Shown piece by piece: positions 11,614 to 20,000 of a stretch of 20,000 nucleotides of DNA. How positions within the stretch are numbered: position 1 is the first letter of the stretch; every line of letters starts with the position of its first letter. This DNA is from Trichinella spiralis (Eukaryota). The stretch lies in the NCBI RefSeq assembly GCF_000181795.1, contig NW_003526944.1:3931659-3951658 (forward strand), written 5' to 3'. The translations under genes and the position numbers were made by a program. The notes under the pieces are model-generated. The model was not told the DNA's origin. It searched no databases and saw nothing but the letters and a program-made list of their open reading frames with translations.

Positions 11614-12813
11614 CTCGAAACCGCTACAACATCTTGAAAAGGATATTTATTTTTCCACACTTTACTGTATCATGAAATTCATTTTAATAAATAAACATAT
11701 TTTATTTGAATAATACCTGTGCAGTTCGTTTTAATTTATATTGTGAGAAATAAAAATTGTTATTATAATTATTATTTGAATTGTACAATGCAAAAACAAA
11801 CTGTACAGGTACTGATAACATGTAGACGACGAGTTGACGTTTTGAACTAGCCCTAGCATTCATTGGGCATGCAAGAATCAATGCTTTTCTTCAACAATAA
11901 ATAAATATGACGGCCAGAAAATCTGCAAAACTGTTGCAAGCAGCAAGTAATCCAACATTTTTTTGCAATTAAAATTCATCGAAATTGTTGGCGTGTGATT
12001 TTTTCCTTTCTATGGAATACTCAGTTATTCATACTAATCTAGCTGTTAATTAATATGCAAACATGGAATCAAATCAAATGTGATCACATTGCAACAGTTC
12101 AACTGACGATTATAATCAAATATAAAAGAAGATTAATTATTAATTTTCCTTTTTATTTTACAATTTTCTAAAAAAGTTCAAAACAAGTTTAGAAAAGAAA
12201 TTCCACGCAACATTTATTAAGGTGACAGCAACATTTCAAATTTGAAATATCTCGAATTTTAATGTTTATTCTTTTCCAAAAAAATGAGAAAAAAAAGAAT
12301 TTTTTATATATAAATTTACATAAAATAAATAACAATAAAGAAAAAATTTGAATGATACTTACATTGGAAGTAAAAAGTGCACAGAGCCGTTGATATTAGT
12401 ATCAATCAGTTCAATGTACAATGCACAACATCAGAAGTGTATTTGCACAGTGGAAGAGCTGAAATGAATATGAAATTCCTTTCAGAGTAGAAAAGAAAAA
12501 AAATAGGAAAACATATTAAATTCAAATATGAAAAATATTCAGGAAATAAAATAAATACAGTACACACCTTTTGGGATTGGAATAGGGTCAGAGAAATTTT
12601 TTTGCTGCTGTGCTGTCGCACGTCGCAAATTGGCACTTCTTTGTACAAAGTGTGTATGATAGCTGGGAAAAAGTGAAAAATATTCCCTGTGAAGCTTTAC
12701 TTTTCCAACCAAAAAGTACCAACCACTTGCTGCAAACTCTGACGCAAGTGAAACTTGCCGACGCAACGACGACAGCTTAAAGTAAACACAATCAATATTC
12801 AACTTTCAAACCC

Positions 12814-12837
12814 TGCATGCATGCATGCAAGCATGCA
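12814..12837. repeat. (TGCA)n microsatellite
   Basis: TGCATGCATGCATGCAAGCATGCA. A related TGCATGCGCATGCATGC occurs at about 13838-13854. Confidence 0.8.
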
Positions 12838-13875
12838 ACAGTTCTGCATGTCTGAATGACGACGAATTTCTGAAATTTCTTTGACACTACTATAATGGTA
12901 TTCTTTGCATTTTAGTATTCTTTTTTGCATTGAGAAATAAATTAAAAAGCAACAATAATAATTAAAGTGGATCAAACAGTAAACAAATAAATAAACAAAC
13001 AAACAAGCCTGAGCAAAATCAACAATAGCACTTCACGAATGAACAATGAAAAGATGCAAAACAACGGCAAACAATGGACGATCGATGAAACCGGCTGAAA
13101 TAAAATCTTCCACCAACTGGCTACAGACAACAATAATAATTCAAAATAAATTATTACCATCTTTTCTTTTATGAATAAAAATTTTGCTAAAATTGTTATA
13201 TTTTTGCTTTTTATTGGATCTTTTTAAATTAAATTAAATTAATCCACAAGAAAGATACAATTAATTTTTAAAACAAAATACCGTATGTTTGACGCTGATA
13301 AAAACCAGCCAGTGAGTGAGTACACCGCTGGTGTATTTCTGAAATAATATAATCGACTTCAAAGCTTACAGTTCTGACCTAAAAATAAAAATGATTCATA
13401 AACTGGTTTCAACAAAATATCACAATCACACAACAATAATTACCACCACCCCTCCCTTCCATGAACACTTACTGATTTACATACGCAAATTCGATTATTT
13501 TTCACTAAAAAATGGAAAAATTAGTTCATAACTGAGCACTAGCTATTATTCCATTCTGCACAGGAAACATTTTATTATTTTCACAACTCAACTTGATCTT
13601 CTCGCTCGATGGAGTAGTTTTGCTTGATTTTCAATTATACTGTAATAATAAAATTCAGTGCTGCTTCTTGAATAATTTAAGCTGGCTGGAATTTGTGGAC
13701 AACAAAACTGATCTTCCAAGTTATCGTTCATCATTTTTTCTCAAAGCGAAATTTCTTCAAAACACTCATGCTAACTTAAATGCATTATTTAAAAAGTGGA
13801 ATACATAGAATGCGGTTGAAATTCTCTACAACAGTGATGCATGCGCATGCATGCGTTGTAAACAAAAAACAAACA

Positions 13876-16800
13876 TCAAGGAACAGTTTTATCACAGCTC
13901 TGCGAAGCTGTCAAAGCTTCTTTTTCGCCAACATCTTCTTGCGGAAAGACGAAATTATTTTCTTTGTAATAGGTGAATAGGATGGCCAAAAGTGCGGCCA
14001 GTTGAAATCCACCGCTGCTGATGTGAAGCTTGTTTCGAAATTGCCTGTTATCATAGAGAAGACAGTTGCCCGCTTCACCGCTTGACGGTATCGAATCCCA
14101 AACAATGCAGCTCGAATCGACGACCATTCCGTACAGAATTGGACTTGGAGAGAAGCCTGTCGTGGGACAGTTTCAGTTTTTCTTTTCAACGCACAATTCA
14201 CACACACAACAAGCACATACCTAATACTGTCGTTAAAAACGATCCCAAACTCAACGCCAACGAACGAAGTGGATTTTCCACGGATCTGTGAAAAGATTGT
14301 CGAATATAAAAAGCACTGATTATGCTAATTTTTACACAAAAGCCTGAACAACCTGAGCACCAAAGTAACTGTAGTCATCAAGAATAAATTGCCGATGAAA
14401 AAACTGACAAACATCACGGCAATGTATTTAGGCAGTGCTTGGCAGTCGTCTTTGCACAATCCGTCCAAGACGTTAGCGTCAGAAGCGGCGGCAGTACATC
14501 CGCAGTCCAGCCACTAAAGCAGTGTTTTCAAACATTTCATATTTTCAATCTACGAAGCTTCAAGCTAATAAATAGTAAATGGCGAAGGCAAACGCTGACT
14601 TTCTTGATGAACTTCTTGATCACATTGATAACAAACAGTATGCAACAGAAATGCAATTAAAATGTCTTCCATAAGATGATGCTAGCAGAAGGATAGCACA
14701 GAATTACTGCTACTATTAATATTAAAAATAGCAATATGTATTATTATAAAAAATTAATTAATAAAAAGTTTATTCATTTCTAACCCTCAAATTCGAGCTG
14801 AGATGATTATTACAACTTGAGGCGCTTTAAAGCTGTTCATAAGGTCTCTTTAAACTTTATAGCTTCTTTTACTGCTCCTCTGCCATATTTAAGTTTGTTT
14901 AGCTCACTGAATTTGAATCACAGAAATTTGTTTACTTATTCATTCATTCGTTCGTTCGTTCGCTCGTTCATCTACTAATTATCGAATTCATTTTGCAATA
15001 TGACAATTCTGACGTTGAAATTCAACTTTTATGAAATTGCTAACGATTAATTTAACCAACTTAGATTTCCACAGTATACCAATTTAAATTGGATACAATT
15101 GCCATAATACACCATTCGTTCACTTGCTTTTCGTAGACGTAAGAACTTATGTGCAACAATAATTTTTTTTGAGATAATTAAACATAACAATGCGTGAAAT
15201 TCAAAAAATAAATAAAAATTGTATTGAAACTCAAACTTAGAAAAAAAAACAAAATCTTGCACTTACTGTCATGTTATGTGCTTGAAAATGACACCCTGCA
15301 TGACAAGGGGAAAAATATGTCCATTTTCCATCACAAACGGGATTGAACGGCTCATTTGGTGGACAATTGCAGTGTCGATTGCATTCGTTTGTGAAATTCC
15401 ATCTGCAAAGTTAACAACAAAAAATAAAGCCTTCTTTGTAAAACAACACTTTGTATATTAATCGAGTTTAATTTATGAATAAGATTAAAGCGAAAATAAT
15501 CGAAAGGAATGAGTAATTTTTACTTGTTCGAATTATCCAATTTTCCGGCCAAATTTTGCTGTTCACAACCCAAAACTATTCCCAACAGATAGCCAACGAG
15601 TGTGATCGACCAAGTAATTAGCAGAAGCAACGTAGCGAGTCGAGGCTTCACGTTGAAACGTGAAAGCAAATAGCCGCCGAATGTGGTACTGATTGCCATT
15701 GAACCGATTGAAATGAACCCTTAATAAAAAGAGGAATTAATTAAAAATTTTCCACATCATCATCTCTTGCAACCGGAATACACGTTCGCCATTGATGCGG
15801 TTTGTTTGAACTGAGTTTCGATGAATTTCGGCAAATAGGTCCCATAACCGCCGATCAAATATGCGCTAAATATCCAACTGCAAGTCGTTCCCACGTACAC
15901 AGGATTGTAGAACAATTTCATCAAAGCAGTTGGCAATGCTTAAAAGCATTAAAAACCATAATGCTCATCATCAGCATATATAGTGTTGTTATCAGCGTCG
16001 TCTAGCAATCTACCAGATCTCACCTTTGATATTACCACCGGCTACAAATTTACAACTGTTGGCCAATGATTGCGGTTGAATAGTGGTGCTGAATTTATTA
16101 TGACTTGACGAAAACGCCAATTCGTCCAATTCCACATCGCCTGCAGTTGTACGTTTTTTGGTTCTTTCATTCAAATGCTTGGGAAAAAAGAAAAGCGGTA
16201 TTCCAAATATCAAGTACAACAGCGCCAGTATGAGAAATCCCAACCACCAAGCACCGATCCACGATGAACTGCTGGGATCCATATTTTCAGGAACTTCAAA
16301 AATTAAATAAATAGTTTAGCTGTTCTTATTTCTTTAATTCAGTACCTGTCAAATCAACAAAAACATCTGTACACCAAGCGCTGAGAAAGAAACCGAACGC
16401 TGGGCCAAAAGCATACATCCCAGTGAGAAGACCTAAATTATGAACATTTGATTAATTATACAAATGAAATCATATCCGTATACACATATATATATAATTG
16501 TTCACACAATGTGCGATGCTATTCATTAATCATGCGTGCACATTAAATAATTGAAAGTAGTTAATAATTTCAAAAAAAGTTTTAAATTATCCATTGAAAA
16601 AAAATTTACAAATTAGCAAAGCAGGTAGTGGCTGGTTGAGCGAAATATTTAAGAACAGGTTTTCGTTCAAAGATGGGCATTTAATAGAAATAAAGGTCAA
16701 AATGGAATGAAAAATAGCATCAAATATTCGCAGAAAATGGAAGAAATTCAACAGTGAGCTGTTTAATTGCAAAGACAAAAATGCAAAACTGATCAAAAGC

Positions 16801-17480
16801 GTCGTACCTAAATAGAACGGTGAATCTCTGTTGTTGACGTTGTCGTCGATGTAGATGTATGCAACGGTGTTAAACGGTGCAGTGGATATGCCGGATAAAA
16901 TTTGCGATATAGCCAATATTGCATACGGTCCAGTGTGAGCTTGTTGTTGTTGTTGTTGCTGCTGCTGCGGCGCCACGGTTGCCAATTCAATAATAATGGA
17001 AGTACTGTTGCCATTTGGAAATTCCCACTGATGGCTTTCATCGTTTGCACAAATCGCCACAACGTTGGTGCTGTTCTTCAACGTGGTCAACGTTTCAACA
17101 GTTTTCCAATTGATTGGACCGTACAGAAAATTCGGCAGTGTCATCAGAAAAGTCGCAAAACTGCTCAACAAAACACCAATAGCTGTAATTCTCGGCTTGT
17201 GACAATCGGCAAAAAAATAACCAACCAATAACACGCTGAGCATGTGGCCAATGTCATACATGGACAGCAACAGTCCTGACAGAAAGCTGCTAATTTCGAA
17301 ACGTCTCTCCATGTTGGTCAACACTCCGATCACATATCCCAAATATGCACCCTGAACACCGATCACAGCGCACATGATGAAGCTGAACATCTGCACACTT
17401 TTCCATCGTCTACGTCGACAGCCGCGTGCAATCAACATGCCGCTGCTTGTCTCCGATTGCTTGTAATCATTGCTTTCCAT
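13876..17480 (-). CDS. Organic anion transporting polypeptide (OATP/SLCO family), paralogue B; 9 coding exons, about 677 aa
   Basis: Hand-spliced exons: 17480-16808, 16432-16346, 16293-16024, 15938-15774, 15719-15524, 15402-15267, 14513-14353, 14285-14221, 14156-13876. All introns are GT-AG and the total is 2034 nt, in frame to TGA. Same motifs as paralogue A: LTNMERRFEISS, YIDDNVNNRDSPFYLG, WIGAWWLGFL, LPKFIETQF, CNRHCNC..FNPVCDG..FSPCHAGC, PSPILYGMVVDSSC. The first ATG (MESNDYK) is at 17480; the ORF track starts earlier at a GTG. Confidence 0.95.
14938..14971. repeat. (ATTC)n(GTTC)n microsatellite in the long intron of paralogue B
   Basis: ATTCATTCATTCGTTCGTTCGTTCGCTCGTTCAT. Confidence 0.85.
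16941..16967 (-). repeat. Coding (CAG)3(CAA)6 repeat giving polyQ9 in paralogue B
   Basis: Plus strand (TTG)6(CTG)3; translation VAPQQQQQQQQQAHTG. Confidence 0.95.
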
Positions 17481-17635
17481 TTTTGTTTTGCAGCTTTTCA
17501 CTTTGGAGTGTTGATTTCTCACACTTTAAATGCTCCCGTTTTATCATCAATCACCTCTTGAATGAACCAGTCACTTTAAGGCGAACTAGTTACTTACTTC
17601 ACACAAGAATAAAATTTAGTCCTCCTAATTCAACT

Positions 17636-17645
17636 NNNNNNNNNN
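17636..17645. other. Assembly gap (10 N)
   Basis: Ten N characters interrupt an open let-413-like exon. Confidence 0.99.
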
Positions 17646-20000
17646 TGCCCGTCGATTTGTCGACCTTTGGCTTTGGTCGGATGTTTGGGATGAGGGGTGT
17701 CGTGGCGTTCAAATTTGCCAATCGCTTCGTCATCCTCGTCAACACTGTCGCCATCCACGTCCGGGAAGTGGACCTTGGGACCGCCGACGAAACCATTTTC
17801 CACAACAGTCTCACCTTTAGTATCCCCTAATAAATACAACTGTAAAGTCGAACTGAAAACGCAAATTTACTCCATCTAATTTACCAGCCAAATTCGCATC
17901 CCTCTGCGGCAACAGATAACAAGTCAACACTTTCACACCAGTGCGAGAATCTTGATCTGCTTGCAACTTCAACAACGGCTGTGACTAAGCGAAACAACAA
18001 CAATTATCATTGCATAATTGAAATAATAATTCAAACTTCATTTCTGTATACATACTTGATTATCCGAGAGCCAGATTGCTTGCAAATTGCTCAACGCGTT
18101 CAATGTATACGGCAAAGAACGCAATCTAAACAAAAACAACATTTCACATAAATTATTAATAGAACAAAAAGAAATGAGTAAAAAATTAATTCACGTACCG
18201 ATTTCCAGATACGTCAAGTACACGCAGTTGTTGCAATTTGCCTATTTCGAAAGGCAATATGGACAATAAATTGTTTCTTAATGAAAGAACAGTCAAGTTT
18301 GAACAACTTCCAATCTGAAAAAGCAGACTATTCAAATATACTATTCAAATCGATCAATAGTACGTAGAATAATTGATCGAAAAATAAAAACAAAATTCAA
18401 ACGTACAGTACTGGGTAGTTCAGACAGACGATTTCGGTCTACATTGAATACGGTCAATTTTTTCAAATTTCCCAAAGAACTGGGCAATTCCTGAAATTAA
18501 CCAAAGAAAAATATTCATACACAAAAGTAGAAGAAGAATATTTTCCACCAACAGAAATTATTATTTAATAGCAATTTTTCAGCAAATAAAAATTGAATAT
18601 CTTATTGAATTTTGTACTTAGTTGTCATTTCAAGTGTAAAGTTTGTCAAATTATTATACAACTGCTGAACATATAAATTACCAGTTTCAAAATCATCGTA
18701 AGCACGGTTGCGCACATTCGTCATTTTGAAAACATGTTAAATATACTCAAAAAAATTAAAAATAGAAATATATACATATTAAATGAACCAAAACAATGTA
18801 ATATTTTGAATTTAATGTAATTAATCAATTCCCAGTTTTGAATAAAAACCATCCCATTGCATACTGTAAAATGTATCACAATAGAACGGTATTACTGTTC
18901 GACAAACTGTAGGCCTAATTATACTTTGTTGATACTGTAAGATGACCTTTACGGCAAACGATCTTGTATATGACAAGCATTTGAAAAAGAAACCTGTTCA
19001 GCAGAATGGCATAAAAACGGAATGCCACGTCAACAACTATGCTAATTAACTATTAACATTAATGATTAATAACGCAAATATTGCAAATCTGAAAATAATC
19101 AGTATTAAAAGAAAATGATTAAAGATGAACAATTTGTTTCTTTTTTTTCAAATCAACTCAACACGGTCGATTGGAAATAGCCGAAAACAGACAGCAAGCA
19201 GTATATTATTGGAAAAAGGCGAACTATGATGGTGATTGTTGCAAACAAATTGGTGATAAGTGATTCAATTGCAAAAGCGGAAAACTTAAAAACCGCCCAA
19301 AGTTAATATATATTGAGCAATCGATAAATAAATTAAAATAAAAATTATTAATCCGTTTCAAGAGCAAAATAAGTTGCGGAGTTGATTGAAAAAGAACAGA
19401 AGAACACTTACGGTGAGCAAATTTTCCGTCAACACAAGTTCGCACAGCGATGTACAACTGCCAATAGCCGGCGTCAGGGCTACTAGGCGATTTTTGTCAA
19501 TTTTCAAAATGGTCAACTTTTTCAAACGACCGATCGAATGGGGCAATACTTCAACACAATTTTGTGAAGCGGTCAAATCGGACAAACTGACCAATTCGCC
19601 CAGATCGTCCGGAAATGACAAAATTTTATTCTCTGATACATCCAACGATTGGAGCTTTTTCAAAAAAGTAATTTCCTACATAAACATACAAACAAATAAA
19701 TAAATGAGCAACAGTGAATCAACGAATGTACTTTGGGCAAACATTCCAAATCATTGCAGTCAACGTACAATTCTTGCAAATTTTCCAACTGACCAATTTC
19801 CAATGGCTTTAAAAAAAGAAAAAAAACTTTTGTGTACAAGCAGATAAAAACATTTAATAATAGCCGCTTTATTTTACCAAAGTTTCAAATTCGTTGCTGC
19901 CAATGTCGAGTCGTTTCAAATTTTTCAACTGCTCAATCGACGCCGGCAAGGAACGCAAAAGATTTTCCCTAGCTTCCAGAGCTTCCAAATTGGTCAGCTT
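17646..20000 (-). CDS. let-413: LAP-family (LRR and PDZ) polarity protein, LET-413/Scribble/Erbin-like; partial (LRRs, LAPSD and following region)
   Basis: Exons: 20000-19878 ([19 protein letters not shown]), 19806-19732, 19675-19412, 18490-18407, 18314-18199, 18125-18056 ([10 protein letters not shown]), 17984-17885 ([30 protein letters not shown]-specific domain) and 17826-17646 (GPKVHFP...[12 protein letters not shown]...IDG). Introns are GT-AG with consistent phases. [14 protein letters not shown] and TPHP are characteristic of LAP proteins. The 5' end lies beyond the window and the 3' end is cut by the N gap. Confidence 0.88.

Noticed and set aside
11095..11637. 180-aa plus-strand ORF, and similar ORFs at 8823, 10476, 14082, 16902, 17426 and 19386
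   Set aside because: These are antisense shadows of minus-strand exons and have no recognisable motifs.
16587..16807. Hydrophobic C-terminal part of the 311-aa ORF as extra TM helices
   Set aside because: It is read-through into intron 1; the donor at 16807 matches the paralogue's YLG junction.
17599..17814. 71-aa minus-strand ORF as an upstream SLCO exon or an LRR-OATP fusion
   Set aside because: It is an alternative frame of the let-413 exon, it spans Ns, and stops intervene before the SLCO ATG.
18936..18968. SECIS-like ATGA...AAA...GA hairpin
   Set aside because: The AAA-to-GA spacing is far too short, it is intronic, and no selenoprotein ORF is nearby.

Overview
AT-rich, intron-containing eukaryotic genomic DNA. 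Short GT-AG introns, relaxed 3' splice sites and a let-413-like gene suggest a nematode, possibly Trichinella-like; the taxon is inferred, not shown. The right 11 kb holds three minus-strand genes. Two are complete, 9-coding-exon tandem paralogues of the OATP/SLCO organic anion transporter family (8799-11613, 661 aa; 13876-17480, 677 aa by hand-splicing). The third is the middle part of a LAP-family LRR polarity gene (let-413/Scribble-like, 17646-20000), which runs into a 10-N gap before any PDZ exon. The left ~6 kb has no intact gene. It is a mosaic of old, diverged duplicated blocks with splice-like sites and broken reading frames, a ~25/50-bp periodic array, and one piggyBac-type terminus whose empty TTAA site survives in a paralogous block. 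A C-rich ~425-bp island at 6695-7119 may be a solo LTR. I found no convincing novel biological system; the least-explained part is the degenerate repeat mosaic at about 270-5800.
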